Shown here piece by piece: positions 1-8,611 of a stretch of 24,000 nucleotides of DNA. Below the pieces are notes generated by a model, which worked only from the letters and a program-made list of their open reading frames with translations, did no database searches and had not been told where the DNA came from. Source of the stretch: Candidatus Wolframiiraptor sinensis (GTDB lineage: Archaea > Thermoproteota > Nitrososphaeria_A > Caldarchaeales > Wolframiiraptoraceae); NCBI GenBank assembly GCA_023261815.1, contig JALNKA010000004.1, positions 22,080 through 46,079 on the forward strand. Direction: 5' to 3'. The translations under genes and the position numbers were made by a program. Positions within the stretch are counted from its first letter, which is position 1. The number at the start of each line of letters is the position of its first letter.

Positions 1-321
1 CACGGGATTTGATCAGAGAGACGCGACAGGCGCCGTGAAAATCTTCACGTTACCATTCCAGCTATACAGCAAGAAGGGAAGATAAGCTCCAACGAGCTCG
101 CAAAATAGGCCTTCCAATCCCAAATATCTCCATTCATTTCATTTTCATTTTCATTGCATTCTATTCTAAAACTACCTGCATCTTCCAAACTTAATCCGAG
201 AAACGCGTGAGCATTAAAAACACGTGCCTCAAATTCCCGCAAGCTCGCCTTCGATTCATAGCTTTCCCGATTTCCTGCGAGGACACACCTCCCAGTCTGA
301 ATGCTGGTGGGGTGCTTTTAT

Positions 322-395
322 TGGGCCCGGTGGGATTCGAACCCACGACCACCCGGTTATGAGCCGGGCGCTCCGCCAGGCTGAGCTACGGGCCC
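322..395 (-). tRNA. tRNA with CAT anticodon (elongator Met; Ile-CAT not excluded)
   Basis: Reverse complement GGGCCCGTAGCTCAGCCTGGCGGAGCGCCCGGCTCATAACCGGGTGGTCGTGGGTTCGAATCCCACCGGGCCCA folds as a full cloverleaf: 7-bp acceptor GGGCCCG/CGGGCCC, anticodon loop with CAT, T-loop TTCGAAT. Confidence 0.95.
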
Positions 396-435
396 CTGTT
401 TAATCATCGTTTTTCGCCTGGATTTAATGGTTACT

Positions 436-1230
436 TTAGGCTGAGAGATATCCGCCATCGACTGGGATTATTGCGCCGGTCATGTAAGAGGAGAGGTCGC
501 TTGCGAGAACTAGGGCTATCCTCGCGACCTCATCGGGACTTCCCAGCCTGTTCAGGGGGATTCTATGCATGAACTCTGCAGCTGTCTTGATTAACTCGAA
601 TCTAAATTTGAGGATCTGCTTTGCCGTCTCCTTAAACCCCTTCGTCATTATGCCTCCCGGTATGATCGCGTTGATCCTGAATCCACGCTTACCATACTCT
701 TTCGCCAAGCTTCTCGTGAGAGCTATTACTCCGGCCTTGCTGATCGCGTAATGCGTTAGATCCTTAGCGATGGGTAAGATGGCCTCTATCGAGCTCACGT
801 TCACGATCACGCCGCCCTTATCCAGCCTCCTTCTAATCATCTCCTGGCACATCCAGAAGACCGCGTCCAAATTTATGCTGATGACCTTCCTGAGGAACCC
901 CTCATCAACCTCCAGGAAGCTCTTGAATGGATAGATCCCGGCGTTATTAACCAAGATGTCAGGTTCTCTCCCACTCAGCTCATTCCAGAGATTGATGATG
1001 CTCGCTCTGCTGGATAAATCGATGACATGCAGATTCACCTCGACTTTGAAGTTCGCCAATCTCTCCATAACCCTCCCGAGCTCCTCCTCATTTATATCAA
1101 CGAGCTCTAGATCCGCCCCAGCCTCGGCGAAGCGATAAGCCACCGCCTCACCGATCCCCGCAGCGGCACCGGTTATTAGAGCCCTCTTGCCCCTCAACGA
1201 TATAAGCTCTGAAAGAGACTTAAGCTCCAT
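436..1230 (-). CDS. SDR-family NAD(P)-dependent oxidoreductase (3-oxoacyl-ACP reductase / glucose dehydrogenase-like)
   Basis: 264 aa; N-terminal TGAAAGIGEA cofactor motif, NNAG, catalytic YAISKAG (YxxxK), C-terminal SDLSSYMTGAIIPVDGG. Confidence 0.93.
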   Translation of the reverse strand: MELKSLSELISLRGKRALITGAAAGIGEAVAYRFAEAGADLELVDINEEELGRVMERLANFKVEVNLHVIDLSSRASIINLWNELSGREPDILVNNAGIYPFKSFLEVDEGFLRKVISINLDAVFWMCQEMIRRRLDKGGVIVNVSSIEAILPIAKDLTHYAISKAGVIALTRSLAKEYGKRGFRINAIIPGGIMTKGFKETAKQILKFRFELIKTAAEFMHRIPLNRLGSPDEVARIALVLASDLSSYMTGAIIPVDGGYLSA

Positions 1231-1270
1231 GCCAGATTAAGATCATCAAATAGGCTGCAAATAAGTATGA

Positions 1271-1345
1271 TGCTCCGGCCGGGATTTGAACCCGGGTCAC
1301 GGGCTCGAAAGGCCCGTATACTTGTCCGGGCTATACTACCGGAGC
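1271..1345 (-). tRNA. tRNA-Glu (TTC)
   Basis: Reverse complement GCTCCGGTAGTATAGCCCGGACAAGTATACGGGCCTTTCGAGCCCGTGACCCGGGTTCAAATCCCGGCCGGAGCA; acceptor GCTCCGG/CCGGAGC, anticodon loop CTTTCGA. Confidence 0.95.
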
Positions 1346-1910
1346 CCGATTAATGCCTGACATCGCGCCCTTTATGAATACTTTTCGCCCGGCTTCCCGC
1401 GATGCGGCAGAATTTTTCCGGAAGAAGTTTAATGGATCACGTGAGCCCATAAATCACATGGTCTATCCGCTCTTAGGTAGGTAGCGTCATGGAGACTAAT
1501 GTGCTTATCATGGGCTCAATCTCGAGCTCGCCATCTCTTGATGATTCTTTCGAAGAATCTTCAAAAATCTTCTCCAGCTTACATCTCCTAGGAGACCATG
1601 CCTCATGCGTCAAGTTATCGAGTTATGATTTTAAGTGCTTCTACTTTCTGGTGGAAAGCTGCATCCTAAAATCAAAAAGTCTCCAAGGAAGATGGAAAAG
1701 AGTGCTTAGGGGGAGAGCGTCTGGATGGTTCTTAGCCCGCATCTAAAGACCGCCACTCTTCTATAGGAGCATCAAATCTCACGCCACGGGTCTCATCAGG
1801 GCTTTTATCCTGCCCCTCCATCCGCATAGACCCCACCGCAGGTTTAAGGATTCTTAGTAACCTTCTCAGCCCCTCCCTCCTACACCTAACCCTCGGCGGG
1901 TTATATCCTT

Positions 1911-2378
1911 ATGAGCGAGCTTCAGCATCTCTTTTCGGGAGAATCGAGGTTGTCGGCGATAGTCTCTAAAAGGTTTTCGGATGAGCTCTCGGCGCTGATC
2001 GGCAAGAGAATTAGGGTCATCCTCTCGAGCGGTGCATGCTTTGAGGGAACTGTGGCCGCTCTGAACCCGGGCGATTACAGCATCTGGCTCTCGGATGTGA
2101 GGGAGAAGGATGGCGGAATCTATGATAAGGTCTTCATCTCGGGCAGGAGCATAGAATGCTTGTTCGTGCTGGAGGCTGGACCCGACCTATCCAAGCTCGC
2201 CGAAAGGCTCAACAAAGTCTTCCCGAACATGGTCCGTTACATCAAGGAAGCGGACGTGATTCTCGTGATGGATAGGATTAGGGTCACGAGAGATGGAGTA
2301 GTCGAGGGAACCGGCCCGGCCGCTGAGCGCGTGAAGAAGATCTATGAGGAGTGGCTGAGCGAGGAGGCGAAGGTGTGA
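1911..2378 (+). CDS. Sm-like (Lsm) archaeal protein with C-terminal extension domain
   Basis: Sm1-like segment IGKRIRVILSSGACFEGTVAALNPGDYSIWLSDVRE and Sm2-like segment KVFISGRSIECLFVLE, followed by about 80 extra residues as in SmAP3-type proteins. Confidence 0.72.
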   Translation: MSELQHLFSGESRLSAIVSKRFSDELSALIGKRIRVILSSGACFEGTVAALNPGDYSIWLSDVREKDGGIYDKVFISGRSIECLFVLEAGPDLSKLAERLNKVFPNMVRYIKEADVILVMDRIRVTRDGVVEGTGPAAERVKKIYEEWLSEEAKV

Positions 2379-2465
2379 GGACCGGCATGAAGCTGGAGCA
2401 AAATCAGAGCTCAAGAAGTAAAACTTAGATTAAAAAGGCGCCTTATAAGAATTTTTTATCAGGGC

Positions 2466-3410
2466 TTGGATATAAGAGTTGTTGATGTCTTCGCTGGGTG
2501 CGGTGGCTTCAGCCTGGGTTTCGGCGAAGCCGTGAAGGCGGCGATAGAGAATCACCCCCACGTAGTCAAGACCTACATGCGGAATTTTCCATGGGTCTCG
2601 GTGTTCCCCGAGGATGCTAAGCGTGTTTGCGGCAGGTTCATACTGGATGTTTTGGGCGGCGAGGTCGATGTCGTCATAGGCGGCCCGCCATGCGAGCCAT
2701 TCACCAGCATGAATAAGGGGCGGAAGAAGGATCCTCTCGATAGGCTTTTGAGCGATCCTCAGGGCAGGCTTGTGATGGAGTTTATCAGGCTCGTGGAGGA
2801 GCTTAGGCCCAAGATATTCATCATGGAGAACGTGCATGAGCTGGTGGAGGAGCCGCTTGGAAGCCTCCTCAAGAAGTTCTTCGCGAGAATAGGCTACGAG
2901 GCTCATTTCAACTTCATTGAGGCGCACCGCTACGGTGTCCCTTCAAAGAGATACCGGGTATTCATCTCGAATATACGGCTGGATCTCTCGGGGATGGAGG
3001 AGAGGCCGAAGAGCGTTGAGGAGGCATTATCGGGTCTCGGAAACTTCGGCGAGGTTCCCAATCACGTCCCCATCAAAGTAGGCAAGATCAAGCTGAGAAG
3101 GATCAGCAGGCTGAAATGGGGGGAAGCCCTCTACGCATTCAAGGGCTCCTCGGGTAAGATCTACAGGAACTGGGTGAGGCTTCATCCAAAGCATATCGCT
3201 CCTACAATTCATGGAAGATCGCGCTTCATCCACCCATATGAGGATAGGCTACTGACCGTGAGGGAGCAAGCTAGGCTGATGAGCTTCCCCGATAACCACG
3301 TCCTCTTCGGGGGAGTAAATGTTCAATTCGATCAGGTTGGCGAGGCGGTTCCACCGCTCCTAGCGAAGAAGATAGCTAAGCTAGTCTTCGATAAGCTGAA
3401 TGAGCTTTAA
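2466..3410 (+). CDS. C5 cytosine-specific DNA methyltransferase
   Basis: Motif I VVDVFAGCGGFSLGF, motif IV GGPPCEPFTS, motif VI IMENV, motif VIII YGVPSKRYRVFI, motif IX LTVREQARLMSFPD, motif X VGEAVPPLLAKKIA. Probable TTG start. Confidence 0.93.
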   Translation: MDIRVVDVFAGCGGFSLGFGEAVKAAIENHPHVVKTYMRNFPWVSVFPEDAKRVCGRFILDVLGGEVDVVIGGPPCEPFTSMNKGRKKDPLDRLLSDPQGRLVMEFIRLVEELRPKIFIMENVHELVEEPLGSLLKKFFARIGYEAHFNFIEAHRYGVPSKRYRVFISNIRLDLSGMEERPKSVEEALSGLGNFGEVPNHVPIKVGKIKLRRISRLKWGEALYAFKGSSGKIYRNWVRLHPKHIAPTIHGRSRFIHPYEDRLLTVREQARLMSFPDNHVLFGGVNVQFDQVGEAVPPLLAKKIAKLVFDKLNEL

Positions 3411-3446
3411 GCAGGAGCAGGCAGCGCGTTAGATTTGCAGTGGAGA

Positions 3447-3734
3447 TTACTCGGTTTTCTTCTTCTCTTCGGCTTCCTCTGGAAGCATGACGTGGATGAT
3501 CCCATTGGAGTCCTTCCTGATCAGGACTCTTATTCTTCTCGGGGGCTTCTCGGCGCCGCGACTCCAGACGAGTTCATTGACGCCGTTGGATATTCTTACC
3601 TCCTCGCCCTTCATGTGCCTCTGAGCGAATTTTTTGATTAGGCTTATCGCCTTCTTAGCCCTCCTCGTTCTAGAGGCCTCATAAGCATCTTTCAAGGGGA
3701 TTACATAGATCCTCTCCACAACGGTCTCGCTCAT
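3447..3734 (-). CDS. rpl31e: 50S ribosomal protein L31e
   Basis: 95 aa: ERIYVIPLKDAYEASRTRRAKKAISLIKKFAQRHMKGEEVRISNGVNELVWSRGAEKPPRRIRV is the typical L31e sequence. Confidence 0.95.
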   Translation of the reverse strand: MSETVVERIYVIPLKDAYEASRTRRAKKAISLIKKFAQRHMKGEEVRISNGVNELVWSRGAEKPPRRIRVLIRKDSNGIIHVMLPEEAEEKKKTE

Positions 3735-3748
3735 ATCACTCCACGCCC

Positions 3749-3901
3749 CTAGGTCTTGATCTTACTCCTTCTCCAATGCCTTCTCTTAACGTGGAACCTG
3801 ACCCTTCCCTTAGTCTTCATGATGACCCAGCTGGGAACAGGCCAAGCCCTCTTCATCGCTTTAGCCAGCTTCTTCTTCAAGACGAGCGTCCTGATAGTCA
3901 T
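3749..3901 (-). CDS. rpl39e: 50S ribosomal protein L39e (not in the supplied ORF track)
   Basis: Manual translation of the minus strand: MTIRTLVLKKKLAKAMKRAWPVPSWVIMKTKGRVRFHVKRRHWRRSKIKT*; matches the small basic L39e family and sits between PDCD5 and L31e, its usual archaeal position. Confidence 0.95.
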   Translation of the reverse strand: MTIRTLVLKKKLAKAMKRAWPVPSWVIMKTKGRVRFHVKRRHWRRSKIKT

Positions 3902-3970
3902 CGGCTTTCCTCCCGGGCATAACGGCTTCCCCCGAGCTTCACATAAACATTATCCTCGATCTCCGGGGGG

Positions 3971-4294
3971 CTAGAGCCTCCTGATCCTTATCTCGCGCTT
4001 GGACGTGATTCTCGCTAAAATCTCCTTGAGCACTTCATCCGTGATGGGCAGAGGAACTCTCCCGGAGTTCGCGAGCTGAATTAGCTGCTCCTCGAGCTGT
4101 GCGACGAGCTCGGGCTTTACGAGCCTCAGGTTCGCCAGCCTCTGGCGCGCCTCCGACGTCAGGATCACCCTCATGGCCGCCTGTCTCTCCGCCTCCCTCC
4201 TGATCCTCTCCTCTTCAGCCATCTTCCTCTGGAGCTCGGCCATTCTCGCGGCCTTCAGCTTCTCGAGCTCCTCATCGCTCATATCCGCGGACAT
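3971..4294 (-). CDS. PDCD5-family DNA-binding protein (TFAR19-related)
   Basis: 107 aa; MSDEELEKLKAARMAELQRK...ILTSEARQRLANLRLVKPELVAQLEEQLIQLANSGRVPLPITDEVLKEILARI is characteristic of PDCD5. Confidence 0.93.
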   Translation of the reverse strand: MSADMSDEELEKLKAARMAELQRKMAEEERIRREAERQAAMRVILTSEARQRLANLRLVKPELVAQLEEQLIQLANSGRVPLPITDEVLKEILARITSKREIRIRRL

Positions 4295-4447
4295 GAGCAG
4301 CAGTCCTCCAAGAAATCTCCAGCGCGAGCTGCCTTAATAGCTTCTCCTCGCAAAAGAATATCCTCACTCGAGCGGGTGCCACGAGCGTGCGCAGGATAGC
4401 CTGATCCGCGCGCCATGGCCGAGCTTCTCGAGACTAATAATTGGACT

Positions 4448-4476
4448 ATACACGAATATGTAAAATATTCGTGTAT
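4448..4476. promoter_or_regulatory. Perfect inverted repeat, candidate transcriptional operator
   Basis: ATACACGAATAT-gtaaa-ATATTCGTGTAT: 12-bp perfect arms around a 5-nt spacer, immediately upstream of the putative TATA element of the transporter operon. Confidence 0.65.
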
Positions 4477-4485
4477 CGGTTCAGA

Positions 4486-4498
4486 ATATTTTAAATAG
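4486..4498 (+). promoter_or_regulatory. Putative archaeal TATA element of the BMP-transporter operon
   Basis: AT-rich atattttaaatag about 25-38 nt upstream of the ATG at 4524, the spacing expected for a near-leaderless archaeal transcript. Confidence 0.55.
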
Positions 4499-4523
4499 GG
4501 TTGTAAAAAAGATCTAGTACGTC

Positions 4524-5864
4524 ATGAGATCCGGGAAGATCTCTAGGAGGGCGTTTCTCGGAGTCGCGAGAAGTGCGGCGATAGCGGGGGTCGTAGCAGC
4601 CGGCGCTGTGGGAGCTTTAGCAGGCTATCTAGGAGGTTCCTCAGCCGCTCCTCCCAAGACCGTTACGACAACGATGACCGTCCCTGGAGTCGCTGAGCCG
4701 CTTAAGGTCGGCTACGTCTATGTCGGGCCTGTAGGAGATTATGGCTGGAGCTATGGCCATGATAGGGGTAGGCGATGGGCTGATGAGCACTTCGGCTTGC
4801 CCGTGAAGAGCTTCTACAGGGAGAGTGTCCCAGAGGCCGAGGTCGGCAGCGCGATAGAGACCCTAATAGATGAGGGGGCGAAGCTAATCTTCACCACCAG
4901 CTTCGGCTACATGGATGCGACGGCCGAGTATGCTGAGAAGTATCCAGACCGCTACTTCGTCCACATAAGTGGATACAGGAGCGGAGCCGCTGGAAATGCT
5001 CCGGAGAACATGAGCTCGGCCTTCGCGGAGTTCTATCAGCTCTATTACCTGAATGGTCTCGCGGCAGGCGCTGTAACCGAGACCGGCGTGATAGGCTATG
5101 TTGGCGCGTATCCGATACCTGAGGTCGTCCGGCACATAAACGCCTTCGTCCTCGGAGCAAACTACGCTTACAAGAAGAGGACTGGAAAGAACATCAAGGC
5201 TCACGTGAACTGGATATTCAAATGGGTTGGCCCCGATGATGCTAGGAAAGCGGCAATCGCCTTAGTCGAGGAGAAGAACTGCGATGTCCTCGCGTTCACT
5301 GAGGACACCCCAGCGGTTCTGCAGGTCGCAGAGGAATACCAGAAGAAGGGTAGGAAGGTTTGGAGTTTCAGCCACTATAGCGACATGAGGGAGTATGGGC
5401 CGAATGCCCACCTCACGGGCCAGATAGCGAACTGGGGCCCGATCTACCTCGACTTCTACAGGATGGTCGCGACAAATAGCTGGAGGTCCGTCGACATCTG
5501 GACGAGGATCGGCGACTACACGCCATATAAGTGGAGGAGGCCGGTCGAGCAGAGCACGGCCGGCCAGCCTGAGGGGACAGTGTACCTCGCTCCGCTACAT
5601 CCCGCGATTCCGAGCGAGTGGCAGCTGCTGATAAAGCAGAGGTATGAGGAGATGAAGGAGCTTCTATTCGAGCCGTTCAGCGTCGAGGGCAATCTCGGCG
5701 AGCCGATAAGAGACCAAGATGGAGAGGTCATGATAGATCGAGATAAGATAATCGTCAGCAAGGCGAGCGGAGAGGTCAGGAGCGGCGGAAGAGCGGATCA
5801 CGACGCTCTATGGAGCATGGACTGGTTTGTGGAGTACATCGAGGAGCCCCTGCCGAAACTCTAG
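4524..5864 (+). CDS. BMP-family (Bmp/PnrA-like) ABC transporter substrate-binding protein with Tat-type signal
   Basis: N-terminus KISRRAFLGVARSAAIAGVVAAGAVGALAG (twin-arginine motif plus hydrophobic stretch); LKVGYVYVGPVGDYGWSYGHDRGRRWADEHF, GYVGAYPIPEVVRHINAFVLGA, and linkage to the ATPase and permeases. Confidence 0.9.
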   Translation: MRSGKISRRAFLGVARSAAIAGVVAAGAVGALAGYLGGSSAAPPKTVTTTMTVPGVAEPLKVGYVYVGPVGDYGWSYGHDRGRRWADEHFGLPVKSFYRESVPEAEVGSAIETLIDEGAKLIFTTSFGYMDATAEYAEKYPDRYFVHISGYRSGAAGNAPENMSSAFAEFYQLYYLNGLAAGAVTETGVIGYVGAYPIPEVVRHINAFVLGANYAYKKRTGKNIKAHVNWIFKWVGPDDARKAAIALVEEKNCDVLAFTEDTPAVLQVAEEYQKKGRKVWSFSHYSDMREYGPNAHLTGQIANWGPIYLDFYRMVATNSWRSVDIWTRIGDYTPYKWRRPVEQSTAGQPEGTVYLAPLHPAIPSEWQLLIKQRYEEMKELLFEPFSVEGNLGEPIRDQDGEVMIDRDKIIVSKASGEVRSGGRADHDALWSMDWFVEYIEEPLPKL

Positions 5865-5953
5865 CTGCAGGCGTTATGCTCTTAAACCCCCTCCCCCATT
5901 TTTCCTCGTCTCGCGCTTAACACTCATAGCGTATTGAGAGGGCGTGATTCGGG

Positions 5954-7480
5954 TTGGAAACGCTTGTTGAGCTCCGGGGAATAGTGAAGAAGTTCCCCGG
6001 CGTATTGGCCAATGATAGGGTGGATTTTGAGCTTAGGCGCGGCGAGGTTCATGCTCTCCTCGGCGAGAATGGAGCCGGGAAAACAACACTCATGAACATT
6101 CTCTACGGCCTCTATAGGCCCGATGAGGGGGAGATATACATACGCGGTAGAAGGGTTGAGCTCAGGTCTCCGAGGGATGCGATAAGCCTCGGTATAGGGA
6201 TGGTTCATCAGAACTTCAAACTCGTCGAGAGCCACACCGTTCTCGAGAACATCATCCTCGGGCTCAGGGAGAATGGTCTGAGAATAGATTTCGAGAGCCA
6301 TCGCAGGCGGATAACCGAGCTCGCCGAGAGATATGGATGGAGGATAGATCCGATGGCGAGGATCTGGCAGCTCTCAGCCGGAGAGAAGCAGCAGGTCGAA
6401 CTCCTCAAGATACTGTATCGGGGCGCCGAGATCTTGATACTGGATGAGCCGACATCCGTTCTGACGGTCCAAGAGACGCGGAGGCTTTTCGAGGCTTTGA
6501 GGAGGATGGCGGCTGAGGGCAAGGGCGTCATATTCATCACGCATAAGCTCAACGAGGTGATGGAGGTCAGCGATAGGGTTACCGTGATGAGAAAAGGAAA
6601 GGTCATCATCACGAAGGATACCCGGGAGACCACGAAGATGGAGCTCGCGAACTACATGATCGGGAGGCAGGTAATCTTCGGTCGAAGGGAAGCATCGTCA
6701 AAGCCCGGCGCCGTGGTCCTCAAGATACTGGACTTGAAGGTTTTGGGCGATAGGGGCTATCCGGCGGTTAACGGCGTCAGCCTAGAGGTTAGGAGCGGCG
6801 AGATACTCGGGGTAGCGGGGGTGAGCGGGAATGGTCAGGTCGAGCTCGCGGAAGCGATTGCGGGCCTGAGAAAGCCTATGGCCGGGAGAATCCTGCTGAA
6901 CGGCGTTGACGCCACGGGGATGGATGCCGGAAAAATGATAGAGCTTGGAGTGGCATACATCCCGCCCGAGGGAAATAAGCTGGGAATAGTGCCGGAGTTC
7001 AGGATAGTGGACAACCTCTTTCTCAAGGCTTACAGGTATCCGCCATACTCGAATAAGATTCTCCTGAACTGGAGGAGGATGCTCGGGAAGGCTAGGGAGC
7101 TCATCGAGGAATTCGGCGTGGTCACGCCGAGCGTGTTCTCTAAGGCCAAGTCGCTCTCAGGCGGAAACATCCAGAGGCTGATCCTCGCGAGGGAGCTCTC
7201 CGGAATCGTCGGCGGGGCTCCAAGACTCATAGTCGCCGCATACCCGACCAAAGGGCTCGACGTCGGCGCAACAGAGTTCGTCCACGACCTCCTCATGAGA
7301 TACAAGGAGATGGGATCCGGGATAATCTTCATCTCAGAAGATCTTGAGGAGCTTCTCCTACTCTCGGACAGGATAGCGGTCATGTCCGGTGGAAGGATAA
7401 GGGGTGTGCTCGCGAGGGAGGAGGCGGACGCCGAGAAAATAGGTCTCCTAATGTCCGAGGCAGCTATTCAGGCCGGGTGA
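5954..7480 (+). CDS. ABC transporter ATP-binding protein, two ATPase domains (nucleoside/sugar type)
   Basis: 508 aa; Walker A GENGAGKTT, LSAGEKQQVELLKIL, LDEPTSVLT, second domain VSGNGQVELAEAI and LSGGNIQRLILAREL. Probable TTG start. Confidence 0.95.
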   Translation: METLVELRGIVKKFPGVLANDRVDFELRRGEVHALLGENGAGKTTLMNILYGLYRPDEGEIYIRGRRVELRSPRDAISLGIGMVHQNFKLVESHTVLENIILGLRENGLRIDFESHRRRITELAERYGWRIDPMARIWQLSAGEKQQVELLKILYRGAEILILDEPTSVLTVQETRRLFEALRRMAAEGKGVIFITHKLNEVMEVSDRVTVMRKGKVIITKDTRETTKMELANYMIGRQVIFGRREASSKPGAVVLKILDLKVLGDRGYPAVNGVSLEVRSGEILGVAGVSGNGQVELAEAIAGLRKPMAGRILLNGVDATGMDAGKMIELGVAYIPPEGNKLGIVPEFRIVDNLFLKAYRYPPYSNKILLNWRRMLGKARELIEEFGVVTPSVFSKAKSLSGGNIQRLILARELSGIVGGAPRLIVAAYPTKGLDVGATEFVHDLLMRYKEMGSGIIFISEDLEELLLLSDRIAVMSGGRIRGVLAREEADAEKIGLLMSEAAIQAG

Positions 7481-7487
7481 ACGCGCG

Positions 7488-8594
7488 GTGCCCTTCACGC
7501 TCGAGACGCGGCTCGGTAGGATAAGAGTCGAGCGGCGGGTCGGATACGGCAGGCTCTACTCGATCTCGATGACGCTTCTCTCGCTGGCCATCGCCCTACT
7601 CGTGGCCGGGCTAATACTCGCCTCGCTGGGCCTAGACCCTGTTGCGGCGTTCCAAGTGATCTTCGGCGTCTTCATGAAGCCATCCCTCCTCCTCGAGAGC
7701 ATCAAGCAGTCAATTCCGATATGCTTGGCGGCACTGGGCCTCAGCATAGCATTCAAGATGAATTTCTGGAATATCGGGGCGGAGGGCCAGCTCTACATGG
7801 GCATGATAGCCTCGACGGGAATAGTTCTACTGCACAGCTACTATGGCCTCTTCAACGAGTGGGCCATTATGCCCCTTATGCTCCTGGCGTCATTCCTGCT
7901 CGGCGGCGCATGGTGCCTTATCGCCGGAGCCCTGAAGGCCAGGCTGGGAGTCAACGAGATACTTCCGACGTTAATGCTCAACTACGTCGCGATGCTGGTG
8001 GTGGAATTCTTGGTTCACGGGCCATGGAGGGATCCGAAGGGATACGGGTTCCCGCTCTCAATACCATTCCCAGATTATGCCAAGCTCAACTTCGTTTTCG
8101 GAGAGCCCGCCTACACGGGCCTGCTACTCTCCGTGCTGGGAGCAGCCGCGGTATTCCTTCTCCTCGAATACACGAAGCCCGGCTTCGAGATAAAGGTGGT
8201 CGGCCAGAGCCCGGCCGTAGCAAGATACGCTGGCATAAGAGTTCGGAGGACGATATTATTGGGCTCATTCCTCTCCGGCGGGCTGGCCGGGATCGGCGGC
8301 CTCTCGATAGTTAGCGGGATAATCGGGAGGCTGAGGCCGGGAGCATCGCCGGGCTACGGGTATACGGCGATAATGGTCGCGGCTCTGGCGGGCTTAAACC
8401 CGTGGGTCGTAATCGTGGCGAGCATCTTTTTCGGCGGCTTATTGACCGCTGGGGGCGCTCTTCAGATGAGCATGGGCATCCCGAGGGCCGCGGCGCAGAT
8501 GATTCAGGCCATAATATTCCTCATGATACTCGTGGGCGAGTTCATCAAGAGGTATAAAATAGTGCTCGAAAAGCCGGGGGTGAGCGGGAGCTGA
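7488..8594 (+). CDS. ABC transporter permease (branched-chain/nucleoside type)
   Basis: Hydrophobic multi-TM protein; ALGLSIAFKMNFWNIGAEGQLYMG and GIAGIGGLSIVSG-like segments; directly downstream of the ATPase gene. Confidence 0.93.
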   Translation: MPFTLETRLGRIRVERRVGYGRLYSISMTLLSLAIALLVAGLILASLGLDPVAAFQVIFGVFMKPSLLLESIKQSIPICLAALGLSIAFKMNFWNIGAEGQLYMGMIASTGIVLLHSYYGLFNEWAIMPLMLLASFLLGGAWCLIAGALKARLGVNEILPTLMLNYVAMLVVEFLVHGPWRDPKGYGFPLSIPFPDYAKLNFVFGEPAYTGLLLSVLGAAAVFLLLEYTKPGFEIKVVGQSPAVARYAGIRVRRTILLGSFLSGGLAGIGGLSIVSGIIGRLRPGASPGYGYTAIMVAALAGLNPWVVIVASIFFGGLLTAGGALQMSMGIPRAAAQMIQAIIFLMILVGEFIKRYKIVLEKPGVSGS

Positions 8595-8611
8595 TCGAGT
8601 GGATCGAGTCC

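Noticed and set aside
34-49. CGTGAA-aatc-TTCACG small hairpin near the window start
   Set aside because: Six-bp stem only, no poly-T tract, no confident neighbouring gene to terminate.
131-160. Short TTCATT/TTTTCATT low-complexity run
   Set aside because: Only a few imperfect units inside a doubtful 65-aa ORF (45..242); not a CRISPR or meaningful tandem array.
3756-3974. 72-aa plus-strand ORF
   Set aside because: Antisense to the clear L39e gene.
5924-6301. 125-aa minus-strand ORF opposite the ABC ATPase
   Set aside because: Antisense shadow of a highly conserved ATPase N-terminal domain.
7721-8314. 197-aa plus-strand ORF overlapping the first permease gene
   Set aside because: Out-of-frame shadow of a well-supported membrane permease; composition is Arg/Gly/Pro-rich, typical of spurious GC-rich overlap.
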